Positions 1 through 11,274 are shown, numbered from the whole stretch's first letter. The stretch: DNA of 62,533 nt, filler included, from Basidiobolus ranarum (GCA_040143965.1; 39 parts of 39 records of this genome joined end to end with filler, not necessarily neighbours in it), one strand, 5' to 3'. Notes: a model not told the origin generated them from the letters alone. Translations and numbers: made by a program.

Positions 1-871
1 ATCAGAGATATTCATGACTTCCATGTGGTGTGAAATTTGAGAATTTCCACATTGAATATTGACAGAGTTGGTGACTCCTATTCTTGGGGCAGAAACATCT
101 TTGGCAGCAAGAATAATGTTTCCAGGTTGCTTTTCTATTTCCAAATTGAGTTCTTCAGCTACTGTGGGTGAGACAATAGAGTAGGTAGATCCAGTATCCA
201 AGAGTGCCATGTATTGGTGACCATTAGGTTTTAAGAGTACTTCAATAGCTTTAAGGCAGTTGGTGAATTGCTTCTTATTGTTGACAGTGGCAATTTTGGC
301 TGAACAGTAAAAGAGATTCTGGTAGTCTTGAACCATAAGTTCTTCATAAGTTTCTTCAAAACTTGTGAAATATTCTGCAGTAGTAACTTCCAGTTGAGAT
401 GACAGGTGCTCTATGACCAAGTTCATTGCATTTAATGCAGCAGTCAGCAGCATAGGGATTTTCTGTCTTGGCAATTGGTTGGTTTGGCTTGCCAGATGTT
501 GAGTTTGACTTGTTTGCTTTGTTGGCTAAAGTTTAACAATCAATGGTAGTATGGGAACCTTTCCCATGAAGTTGGCAGTATGTTCAACTTGAGTTATTCC
601 TAGCAGCATTGGTGTTTTGGGAACTTGATTGATAAGGTTGGCAGTGAGCAGAGTAAGTAGTACTACTTGTAGCAGCATGCATGGAGGCAATGACTTCCTG
701 TAGGTCTTGTCTTTGCTCTTCATCAGCTCTTGATTGAAGAAGGGAAGTGTACTCCAAAACATGTGCATCTTTCTCAGACATAAGTTGCCTAAGTTGTCGG
801 GATATGTTTTCATAGGCTGCTCTGGCATCATCAAGGATGTTGAGGCTTACAGTACTGGTAGGTGAGGCCAT
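1..871 (-). mobile_element. Ty3/gypsy gag-protease fragment (decayed)
   Basis: Minus strand encodes aspartyl protease YMALLDTGSTYSIVS (about 170-215) and knuckle-like YCQLHGKGSHTTIDC (about 537-580); in-frame stops. Confidence 0.85.
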
Positions 872-1064
872 GTTGGGTTGGTGGTTGAATGTAATGGAAT
901 TCAACGAAAAAAATGTTGTGTCCAAGAGAAAAGTGGATAAAAAGTCTTGAACTTTACTGAACCAAAGAAACAGTTAAGTGCAGAATCTTAGAACTGTTTA
1001 AGCAGGATATATCAGCAGAGCAGATCTAACTAATATATGTCTTGGGAATAGCAGTGGGTTGCTA

Positions 1065-1351
1065 TGTTACGGTAGAGAGTAGGTTTGCTAGGCAGCTAGG
1101 CTTGGTGTTCTGTAGGTGCTAGTGGATACTAGGCTTGGATAGAAATGAGAGAGGAATATTGAATTTGTTGAGAAACACTGAGAAATGTTGCAATCCTATA
1201 TTTGTTGAGACACACACTAAACCAACAGGTTCAGTTAGCTTAATTTATACTTTTTGATAGCAAAGTGAATTAGTCAGCAGCAAGATATTAGACTTGTTCC
1301 ATTGGACCAGGTCAGATTGTGCCGCTCAATCCAGCCTGCTAGTACACCATC
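1065..1351 (-). repeat. Probable 5' LTR of the gypsy element, cut by a CMC terminus
   Basis: Begins TGTTA upstream of gag; segment GCTCAATCCAGCCTGCTA recurs near 40312, where it runs on to a TAACA end (40379). Confidence 0.55.
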
Positions 1352-1402
1352 CCCTAACACAAATTTGAGGATTGTTAACGTAGGAAAACCGTCACAATTT
1401 TA
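1352..1402 (+). mobile_element. CMC/CACTA terminus A
   Basis: CCCTAACACAAATTTGAGGATTGTT; recurs at 7559, 41501 and 60682, and inverted at 13556, 24515, 24657 and about 50751. Confidence 0.8.
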
Positions 1403-1512
1403 TGTTGAAGTTTATTGTCTTTATCATATTTATTATCTCTATCTTTATACACCTAACTATTTCATATATCACATATTAGTTAGTCAACATTATTTAGTCA
1501 AATATCACTTAG
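1403..1512 (+). repeat. LTR family C, partial
   Basis: TGTTGAAGTTTATTGTCTTTATCATA start, identical family to the full solo LTR at 11444-11821. Confidence 0.85.
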
Positions 1513-1612
1513 NNNNNNNNNNNNNNNNNNNNNNNNNNNNNNNNNNNNNNNNNNNNTTAATTAATTAANNNNNNNNNNNNNNNNNNNNNNNNNNNNNNNN
1601 NNNNNNNNNNNN
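1513..1612. other. Artificial contig spacer (first of 38 identical spacers, about every 1.6 kb, last at 60934-61033)
   Basis: N44-TTAATTAATTAA-N44 gives stops in all six frames; contig lengths fall monotonically from 1512 to 1500 bp. Confidence 0.99.
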
Positions 1613-2994
1613 AATCGCTACTTTTATCGAAGTTTCTGGGGAGCATACTTCATTGAGGAGTATATATTTATACAATTTGTAGTAGCAATGATACAAGAAT
1701 GTGATCAATTCCAAAGATTCGGTTATAAATCTGCTTCCAGATACAATAATAGTAGCGAGAGATCCGATAATAGTGAGACTTTCATTTTGCTAGCATTAGT
1801 ACGTCATTATGGCAGTATTCCGAGTTTAATTCATGTACATATGAATTTCATCATCAGAGTGGGTTTTTGGCGCGATTTAAAAGCAACTTGGTGTATATAA
1901 CATAGGAAGATTGATGCTCTCATTTTCAACAGGCGAGAGGATTTTCTGGGTCAGCTATACTTGATTATAAGTACCTAATTGTTGTTCATATGAAATCTTA
2001 CTGTGATGAGTGGGCACAAGTGAATTTTTCCAGTTGTAAAGTAAATGAGAACTTACGTACTTTAAAAATGAATTAATACAACGCATGAAGTGAACGCAGC
2101 AATAGTCAGTAGAGTATTTAGATCATTACTTGAAGGTGAACACATTTTAAGCGAGGTAGTTAAATGAAATAGCCTAATACTGCGACGCCTTTAGCTAGAA
2201 AGAAGCAAAGTTGGTTAATATTGCATTCAGATTGCTTCAGGTAGTAATCATCACTGAATAAATGGAATCTAGCCAACAGTGACGGGTAAGATATATTCGA
2301 AATTACAATCAAGTCATTGTGCCAAAGACAATGGAAAACCCATGTTATTATATGCACTTTATTTCACACACGTCATTACTATAAATAATTACTACTCTAG
2401 GCTCCAAATGTTTGCAAATCAACATGTTCAGTATTTAACAAGGCAGTAGGGTCATTGTGGAATATAACTCTAATTCTAGAATAGATTTAGATAACTTTGC
2501 CAGCATATCGTAGGGTGTGGAATATTATCGGTATGGAATATTATTGCATTAAGCTGGGGACTGGTAGGATTGACATAAAAATACATTATCAAGATTAAAT
2601 AGAGATTCTATCTAAGGTTGGTGTTGTGGGGAAGTGTTCTAGATCTCGCTCACAAACCTTATTTCCTTATTTAGCAATATAAACCGTTCCAACCTTGCTT
2701 ACTACTTTAGGAACTGATCTTTCTAATATTCCGATAAGTATGTCCATTCAATGGAGATTCTTCGTTCATTCAATAGTGATTCCTATCGAGATTGCTGCTG
2801 TATGGTGATTATCTTCCATTGGGCGATGGGTTTTGGAGTATCTGAGCATTGGTTAAACCTTGGTATTCCAGGCCTGTCTATCCTATTCTGATTTCAATTT
2901 GAGAATATTTGATTTCCGTCCAAAGTAATCCGGATGTTGTATGGCAACTGCGTATAAATACCGTCCACATCATTCCAGAGAAGTACACAAAATC

Positions 2995-3123
2995 ATGAAG
3001 CTCTACAATTTATTCACTGCCGTTTTCGCTTTTTCCGGGGTTGCTTTCTCCTTTGATGCTAATGTACTACTCGCTTTAGTTAACCAGCAACGTCAACTGG
3101 TCGGTGCTCCAGCCTTGACCATT
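2995..3123 (+). CDS. Secreted CAP/SCP-domain protein, 5' fragment
   Basis: Signal peptide MKLYNLFTAVFAFSGVAFS, then LLALVNQQRQLVGAPAL (CAP N-terminal helix); TATAAA about 40 bp upstream; cut by contig end. Confidence 0.7.
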
Positions 3124-3234
3124 NNNNNNNNNNNNNNNNNNNNNNNNNNNNNNNNNNNNNNNNNNNNTTAATTAATTAANNNNNNNNNNNNNNNNNNNNN
3201 NNNNNNNNNNNNNNNNNNNNNNNATAGCATACAA

Positions 3235-3307
3235 GGACTGGTAGCTCAGTGGTTAGAGCACCTTGCTAGAGTGAAGGAGGTCCCAGGTTCAAATCCTGGC
3301 CAGACCA
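3235..3307 (+). tRNA. tRNA-like sequence (anticodon position AGA, short variable loop), probably part of a mobile repeat
   Basis: Cloverleaf GGACTGG/CCAGACC, D arm GCTC/GAGC, T arm CCAGG-TTCAAAT-CCTGG; A and B boxes intact; mismatches at 3:70 and 31:39; no T4 terminator. Confidence 0.8.
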
Positions 3308-3333
3308 ATATTTCTCCCTAAATAATTTCAATA

Positions 3334-3665
3334 GAAATTTGGTAAATAGCAAATTATTTCTTAGTAGTTAGCTTATTCATATACCAATTACTTAGCACTC
3401 AATTCTGCCATTCAAAAACATCTGTTCCTTGCTCTAATTGATACAAATAGCATTAGATTACTTTTACTAGTTTTCCTATTTTCTCAAAATTGCTCCAAAT
3501 CACCTCAAATTTTTGCCCATGTTTACCGGCATGTGTGTTATGATCAATGCATGTCCAATAGTAACCTATAAATGAAACATATTCAAAATAATAAAACAAA
3601 AGTGTAGAATTCATAAATACAAGTTGTTTCTATAACATTTTGAAATCCTGTAAGTGCTTTTATCA
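3334..3665 (+). repeat. LTR family B (first bases missing)
   Basis: Aligns by eye to 3928-4278 and 26887-27237; ends TTTATCA. Confidence 0.8.
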
Positions 3666-3927
3666 ATTCCTTCCATTGATCTCCTGAAGTAACTTTGAAG
3701 TCATCTGTTCTCCATAGCATATGGTCTTTCTTAACCATATAAGGCTGCATTGTAGGTGATTGCAATCTTTACTGCCTGTTTTTTGATGTCTGAGGCTTCA
3801 TAGTTTACACTCATTGTGGTTCTTTTGCTCAACCCTTTGACCAAGTTTTGCACTTGGTCTAGCTGATGCATACTAGTGTTCTGGCCCATCAAGCCTTAGA
3901 ACTGGTAGATGTAATCTATTTCAACTT

Positions 3928-4278
3928 TGTTGAAATTAGATAAATAGCAACTCATGATTTAGTAGGTAGCTTATTCATATTTGGATTACTTAGCATGCAA
4001 TTCTGACATTCAAAAAAGTGTGTTTATTGATCAAGTTGATATTTCTATCAATTAGATCACTTTTACCAATTCTCACTATTTCTCAAATCTTCTCCAAATC
4101 ATCTCAAATTTTCACCCATGCTTAACATGCATGTTTGTTTTGATCAGAGCATGTCCTATAGTCTAATCTCTTAGTAAACTATTAATAGGACATATATAAT
4201 TACATAGAACCCAAGTGTCTAACCTACAAATACAAACCTTGTCCAAAACACTTCCAAATCACCTGAGAACTTTTATCA
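3928..4278 (+). repeat. Solo LTR, family B
   Basis: TGTTGAAATTAGATAAATAGC...TTTTATCA, flanked by near-TSD AACTT/ATCTT. Confidence 0.8.
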
Positions 4279-4834
4279 ATCTTTTACTTGCTGCAGCTAT
4301 GAAAGTTTTCTTCTAAGTAGTGGCTCCTGATGCAGTGGTTCAAATGCATCTTAAATCTTGCAGCTAAACTGTTCCCAAGTTGTGAATGGTGATTTTTCTC
4401 CTATTGCTACTACTATGGCTCTGTTTGGATAACACTGAAGGGCTGCAAGAATCAGATAGGATGCTGCATAGTATAGCATGCTGTCATCTTCACCTCTGTT
4501 GGCCTTAAAGGCATTTGCTCACAGGCTATAAAGTCGGGACTACTGGGTAATGATTGGTTCTAGAGCAAATCTCAATTTGTATGTTTCCAACATGAGAGAT
4601 ATTCTACTTCTGGGCAGATAATTGGTTGTCACTGCTACCAATATTTTAATTCTTAATTAGCGAAGAATTGCAGGGTATTGAGTAAGCTAGGATTATATCA
4701 ACTAAAGCTGGCCTGAAGTTTATTGAGAGAGATANNNNNNNNNNNNNNNNNNNNNNNNNNNNNNNNNNNNNNNNNNNNTTAATTAATTAANNNNNNNNNN
4801 NNNNNNNNNNNNNNNNNNNNNNNNNNNNNNNNNN

Positions 4835-5157
4835 CATCAGAGGATCATCAGAGAACCATCACAATATTGGTGGCTTGCATTCTGCCAGGGATTTTGATGG
4901 TGTGATGGTGGTTTCTTGACAGTATGATTATGGTAATCATACATATTAAAATATTGATCTGCACATTTGGCATGCATTATTTAATTTCCAGCAATTTTTG
5001 CAAAAAACTAATTTTTCAATGGCAAATTACTGGGTTTACTGCTTTAAGAATTTGATTTAATATGCATGCTTTTATTTAGATATTTAAGGCTTTGTATTCC
5101 AGCCATAATGGGAATCAATAAATACAAGAATCTGTTGTGTTTGGTCTCTACATATGT
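4835..5157 (-). mobile_element. CMC subterminal region B
   Basis: Matches 7286-7558, 41178-41500 and 53084-53450; ACCATCA/TGATGGT motifs. Confidence 0.75.
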
Positions 5158-5159
5158 AG

Positions 5160-6344
5160 AAGTATTTGGGAGCCTGTTGGAAGTAGTTTGGAGAAATAGT
5201 GAAATTGATGGTTTCACTTATTGATTAATTGAGTATACAATTGACATTAATAGTTTTGTCAAGATGTATACAAACTAACATGTAGAATGTGTTAAGGAAG
5301 GTCCCAGAAGCATGTGTTCAGAGTTTGGGGCTTCTAGGACAAGTTTGAAAAAATATGTATACCAAGAACTTCTAAGTTGGTAAAATTATTCTAAAAAAAT
5401 TCCAACTGAGAAAAATGGATAATACCCAAGAATTATGACATAACTAAGTACTAAGCTAAGTATGGCCATATAGGTGTTTAGGCAATGCTAATTTCAACAC
5501 TCTCCCTCAACTAAATAGTCATATAAAAGAATCCTCAGGAAGTTCTAAATTTCTCAAATTTCTGTCTAGCTAATGGTCAGGTTAATATATCAGCATTCAT
5601 GTCTGCAGTAGAGCAGTAAGTTAAGTCAATAAACCTATTCTCTATAGTCTCCCTAATGAAGTGATGCTTAATATATATGCTTGCTTCTATTACAAAATAT
5701 GGGATTTTTAGTTAATTTGATATAACTTTAAATATCTTGAAATATGGTAGTTGGTTAATTTTAAGAATAACCCAAATATGTTAAGAGTTTTCTTAACCAT
5801 ATTTATTCTTTTCTTGCTTCACAAGGAGCCATGTATTCTGCTTTGGTTGTTGAAAGTTCTATGGCTACTTGTTTCTTTGAATTCCAAGCAATAGCTCCTT
5901 TACAGCAAAGTAATAAGTATCCTATTGTAGGTCTTTTGTCTTCAATATCTCTTCCCCAATTTGCACCTGAGTATCTTATCAGATCAAAGTTTGATCCCAA
6001 ATTTGTATATTTTAAGCACAGATCCACAGTATCTTTCAAATATCTAAAAATCTGCTTTACTGCTATAATTTGATTAGATCCATAATTTTGAACATACTAG
6101 CACATAACTCCCACAGAATATGTAATATCTGGCCATGTTCCAACCAAATATCAAACTACCAACCATAGATTGATAAGGAAATTTGTGACTTTCATTTGAA
6201 TCCAAAACATTCAATTGGAGCCATTTTTGGTTGCGTTAAGATTTGTCTCCATTGGTGTAGATACTGGATTATATTCTTCCACTTCAAACTTCTTCAGCAG
6301 ATCTAGGATATACTTAGACTGGTTTAAAGTGGTTGTTCTGATAG
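5160..6344 (-). mobile_element. Copia RT C-terminus/RNase H, PPT and 3' LTR family A (5160-5499)
   Basis: YSGANWG...GAIAWNSKKQ...LSTTKAEY; PPT GAGGGAGAG abuts TGTTGAAATTAGCATTGCC. Confidence 0.92.
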
Positions 6345-6444
6345 NNNNNNNNNNNNNNNNNNNNNNNNNNNNNNNNNNNNNNNNNNNNTTAATTAATTAA
6401 NNNNNNNNNNNNNNNNNNNNNNNNNNNNNNNNNNNNNNNNNNNN

Positions 6445-7191
6445 ATAGTTTGGCCTAATTTGTGTGTGTGATAATCTGATGGTATTTTTAGGAACGCTGC
6501 AAGACAGACTTCTTGGTTAGATAGATCAAGATATGCAGTATTATTGTTTTAGCCATGGGGTAATCTATTCAAGCAATGACATATCTATTTGTGGCTGGAA
6601 ATTTGTTTACTGTATATTGGGGATATGTTGGCTGAATTCTTTATTGATATATTTGCTAAAATCCAAGAGCTTATTCTCATTGTGAATGGTAACAAGAGTC
6701 AGCTATTTGCCAAGTATCAGTGCTATTCAAAGTTTCAGATTTTTAGCAATTTTTCCACCATTAGTTTGCTGGTAAAGCATATTGATGTTGTGGAGTTATG
6801 TCTAATCAGTCAAATATGTGCATATGTATAGACTAAACACAACAAGATTCTTTTACTTTTTGAGTCTTGTTATGGCTGGAATACAAAGCCTAAAATATCT
6901 AAATAAAGACATGCATATTAGTTTGAATTTCTACAGCAGTGAACCCAGTGTTTGCCATTTGAAAATTAGATTTTTGCAAAAATTGCCAGATATCAAATAA
7001 CACCGGCCAAATTTAAGGATCACTATATCAACATGTATGAGTACCATCAAAATGCTATCAAGAGACCACCATCACACCATCAAAATCCCTGGCAGAATGC
7101 AAGCCACCAATATTGTGATGGTTCCCTGTCAGTTTTGCTATTTTTGAAGGTTGATTCAATCTGGATTGAAACAATTTTATTTTTGTTAGTG
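6445..7191 (+). mobile_element. CMC transposase C-terminal region plus terminus B
   Basis: Homologous to 53084-53790 (inverted); ends ATTTTTGTTAGTG, an inverted CCCTAACAAAAAT variant. Confidence 0.7.
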
Positions 7192-7227
7192 TCTAGCAAG
7201 CAGCTCTAACCACTGAGCTACCAGTCC
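7192..7227 (-). pseudogene. 5' half of the tRNA-like repeat, truncated by a CMC terminus
   Basis: Reverse complement reads GGACTGGTAGCTCAGTGGTTAGAGCTGCTTGCTAGA; upstream flank ATTGCATGCAA resembles ATAGCATACAA of the other copies. Confidence 0.8.
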
Positions 7228-7285
7228 TTGCATGCAATGCCTATATTGCTCGGGAACCTTAACCTACTCTGTCAATGCATGGTAC

Positions 7286-7954
7286 CCCTAACAAGAAGAA
7301 AGTCAATTTGATCTGGATTGGATCCATCATTAAAAATTGCAAAACCATCAGAAAACCATCACAATATCAGTGGCTTGCTTGCTGCCATGGATTTTGATGG
7401 TTTGATGGTGGTTTCTTGATGAGATGGTATTCATACATGTTGAAATACTGATCCTCAAAATTGGCATGCATTATTCAATATCCAGCAATTTTTGTAAAAA
7501 TATAATTTTCAAATGGCAAATTACTGGGTTTACTGCTGTAGGAATTCAAATTGATATGCCCTAACAGAAATTTGAGGATTGTTATTGTAGGAAAACCGTC
7601 ACAATTTTAATCCATTTGGGATTGACCATTTAAATATCAGCATAAAATTGTCAAGTTAGATTTGATTTTAATCAATTTTTTCAGTTTCAGGAGTGAAATT
7701 TCAAGATCTCACAAAATAGTTGCAAATGATTGGCTAAAATCTCAGAGAACTATGGATCAACACATGTGCAAAAAATGTAACTCAAATTTTACACAATTAC
7801 CACTTGAACACTAATTTGTCACCTTTGAAATCCCTAGTCTCTTTGATATATTCTCCTGAATATTTTTATAGAGTTCTTCATACCCAAGGTTTAGCTCATA
7901 CCCAACACGAGTTTGTGTCAATATCTCCATCAAAGCCCACCATTGTATTAACGT
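7286..7954. mobile_element. CMC terminus B (7286) with terminus A (7559) and ORF2 3' end nested inside
   Basis: CCCTAACAAG at 7286 and CCCTAACAGAAAT at 7559; 7810-7954 is the reverse complement of 13165-13310. Confidence 0.8.
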
Positions 7955-8054
7955 NNNNNNNNNNNNNNNNNNNNNNNNNNNNNNNNNNNNNNNNNNNNTT
8001 AATTAATTAANNNNNNNNNNNNNNNNNNNNNNNNNNNNNNNNNNNNNNNNNNNN

Positions 8055-8165
8055 TCTACTATATAAGTCACCATATACTCTTAAGAATAAAGTAACTAAA
8101 ACACACTATCATAAGTTGCTTCTAATACTCAAAGTCTATCCCCATTATGTCAAGATCCTCCAACA
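8055..8165 (+). repeat. LTR family D, 3' part
   Basis: Ends GTCAAGATCCTCCAACA, as in 57844-58160. Confidence 0.8.
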
Positions 8166-8917
8166 AATTTCAATGTTAAGAAGTGAATTAATTTTTCTCC
8201 TAGCTCCATCTTTGAGTTAATGAAGTGTCTTCTTAGAAATATGATGTTGGCAGCACAACATGCTTTGTAGATGTCTTCCAAAGTTTTCCATACCTTCTTA
8301 GCAGTTTTGACTCTTAAACATTGAATTAGAAATATGTCATTAAGACAAATTGTGTTAAGGCACTTGGTTCTTTTTTAACCTGGAGTCAAATTAGGTTACA
8401 GATAGATGTTCATTGTCTTCTACCACAGTGTCTCAAAATATTTTTTTTGCAGCAGCATTTTCACTTGAATTTTCCAAGCTTGATAATTGGTTCCATCCAA
8501 CCTTTCTTAAGAGGGAAAGGTTTTGGAAGTCTGAGAAGTAGGTATTGCAGAGAGTGGAAGCTTGAGGCTTACAACCTGTTAAAGTATTTTGGGAGCATGT
8601 TGGAAGTGGCTTAGAGAATTAGAAAATTGGTGGTATACACTTATTGATTTATTGAGTATTCAGTTGATATTTATAGTTTTGTCAAGATGTAAACAAACTA
8701 ATGTGTAGAATGTGTCAAGAAAGGTACTAGAAACATGTACACAAAGTTCAGGGCTCCTAGCACTAGTTGGAAAATCAATATATCTGAGAACTTCCAAGTT
8801 GGGAAAAATAATCTAAGTAAATTGAGAATAATGGGTGATATCTAAGTGAATTATAGGATAACAAAATACTAAGCTATATATGACTATATAGGTGTTTAGG
8901 CAATGCTAATTTCAACA
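8166..8917 (-). mobile_element. Copia 5' end: LTR-A (8577-8917), PBS and gag start
   Basis: TGTTGAAATTAGC...TTTAACA, then GGTTGTAAGCC PBS and RLDGTNYQAWKI gag motif. Confidence 0.88.
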
Positions 8918-9664
8918 TCTACTCAACAAATCAGCTAGTAAAGATAACAAATTCTTGTGGTTCTCTGAACCACTTCCAACAAACTGCCAAAATACTTGCA
9001 CAAAAGTGGTTGAATCACAATCATATTTATATCAAAACTTAAAGCTAAATTTATTAATACTATTCGTTATGCAAAGAAATTAAAAGAATATCATCATACA
9101 AGCTATTTATAATTGTCACAACCAACGCACCTATTCTACAGCCATTTCAGCAACGTTTGACGCAGAGAAAAACCTCAAATTAATTAGTTGGTAGTGGTGA
9201 CAATGTGGTAAATCATGATCTCTGGATTGCTCATCGAAATGCTTTCAATAGAGAACATAATCAGCTTCACTGCTGGCGGGGATGTCACTTCATTCGAGGT
9301 ACGTTAATGGCATCATCCTTTTGATACTTTGTGTATCTGAATCTGAAGCAACGTCAACAGGATCACTCCAAGATTGGCTCAATTTTTTTAAACTCATGGA
9401 AAGCGGAGTTGTCTGTTCATAAATTTTAAGACCTGTTGGATCACAACCTTTTGTCTCAGCAGCTGAACTCCGCAGGAGAGGATAGACACATGGAGACAAT
9501 CCCTTAACTACAACTATCATTTGGTTGTTAAGTCGTGCGTTTTCCTCATCTTGAGACACATCAANNNNNNNNNNNNNNNNNNNNNNNNNNNNNNNNNNNN
9601 NNNNNNNNTTAATTAATTAANNNNNNNNNNNNNNNNNNNNNNNNNNNNNNNNNNNNNNNNNNNN

Positions 9665-9976
9665 GCCTTCAGTATTCATAGCACTTTCTGGCCAGGTCTT
9701 GGCATTACCCCACCATTGGGTGTGGTAGCAGGTAAGTTGATAGTAGCGAGCATCAGCCCAATCAGTACATTGGCCATTATCAAAGCGAAACTGAAGAGGA
9801 CAGGCGTAGAGGTCTGTAAGCCCTGGGAGCTCACCATGTAAGTCAGCTACTGCAGTATTGTTCAGTGTTGAGGAGTTTATAGATTTCTCCGAAGTTGGAA
9901 GAGCTTGCACAGCCAGGCTAAAGAAGCTAGCAGCGGCCAAAATGGCACAAGACAAGATGGAGGAGGTTCTAACCAT
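9665..9976 (-). CDS. Secreted CHAP-domain protein (putative peptidoglycan amidase/peptidase), 5' fragment
   Basis: Signal peptide MVRTSSILSCAILAAASFFSLAVQA; FDNGQCTDWADARY...WWGNAKTW matches the CHAP GQCT..WGNA..W motif; TATATAA about 45 bp upstream. Confidence 0.8.
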
Positions 9977-11064
9977 TTTGATATTTGGATAATCAGACCA
10001 ACAACAATTAACGACGCTTATATATCCAAGCGTCCGTTGCAACATCCATATTTAACCAATCCTCTTAGGGTCTCCTGTTGAACCAGGCTCGAATTTCAAT
10101 CTGGATTTGGAAATTGTGGATTAGATCAAGATTCGAGCAATAGCATTCAATCGAATTTTCAATCGAATGTTCAAAAGATCTATAGTTGGCAGCTCTTAAA
10201 TATTGGTTAGCAGTTCTATGTGATTGGAAATCCGCGGGCTAACTTCAACCTATCAGAAAAATTCACTGATTCTGAAACCCTGATCCAAACCCGGTTTTCT
10301 AAAACTTACAATAATTTAGATCTAGGCTTGGAAATATCCATTTCATGGGATAATCATCTAAAGAGAGTTGTAGAGATCAGGGCAGTTACCAATCTTGATG
10401 CCATTACAACGGCCATATATATCCACATCAAATCACTGGCTTTTGCGTTAATCCTGCTTTGTTGCTAAATCAGCATTGTGGGAGAGTCAGCGGTTGATAG
10501 TAGCCATTATGGATAATGTAACGCTTACTTTGGGAATTGAATGTTAACATGAAAGGATTTATTTAAGCAATTAAGCAGGTTACGAAGTGCTCACTGCGCT
10601 TGATACCTCAAATATATTTACTACCTTAGCTCTCACAAATATATTTACTACCTTTGCTCTAATGGTTCAGGTCGGCGCTCAGTCAACAGTATGCAAGAAT
10701 GAGTTTATTATTAAACATATTCAATTCACGAGCAAAACTATAATAACAAAAAGTACTACTTGGAATTCCCAAATCTAACCCTAACCCTCTTATTTTCCAT
10801 CTAAACGGAAATAACCAAACTGATTCTATCATAAAGAGGATTGAGCTTGATCCCATTTTGAAGATCAAAGATATGATCCTTCGTTTGAGTTGTGGGTCCA
10901 ATACCCAGTTGAGCTCATATTTTATATATGTTTGTAGTTTTGGACAGATAGTTGGAAGCTTACAATGAAGGGCCTCTAGTTGATATTATTTCTAATCTGA
11001 TGTAAACTATTATCTAAAGGCAAACATATATTTATCCATGAACAAAATTTTACATACATTTCCA

Positions 11065-11174
11065 TTAAAGTATTTGGGAGCCTGTTGGAAGTGGTTTGGA
11101 GAATTAGAGGAATTGGTGGTTTTCACTTATTGATTTATTGAGTAGAAAGTTGACATTTATAGTTTTGTCAAGAT
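11065..11174 (-). repeat. LTR family A, 3' part
   Basis: TTAAAGTATTTGGGAGCCTGTTGGAAGTGG, as at 8577. Confidence 0.85.
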
Positions 11175-11274
11175 NNNNNNNNNNNNNNNNNNNNNNNNNN
11201 NNNNNNNNNNNNNNNNNNTTAATTAATTAANNNNNNNNNNNNNNNNNNNNNNNNNNNNNNNNNNNNNNNNNNNN

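Noticed and set aside
3235-3307. Functional tRNA-Ser(AGA) gene
   Set aside because: No long variable arm, two stem mismatches, no T4 terminator, and flanks shared among copies
9290-9559. Rho GTPase-like fragment (KRMMPLTYLE resembles RLRPLSYP)
   Set aside because: No G-box motifs; similarity too short
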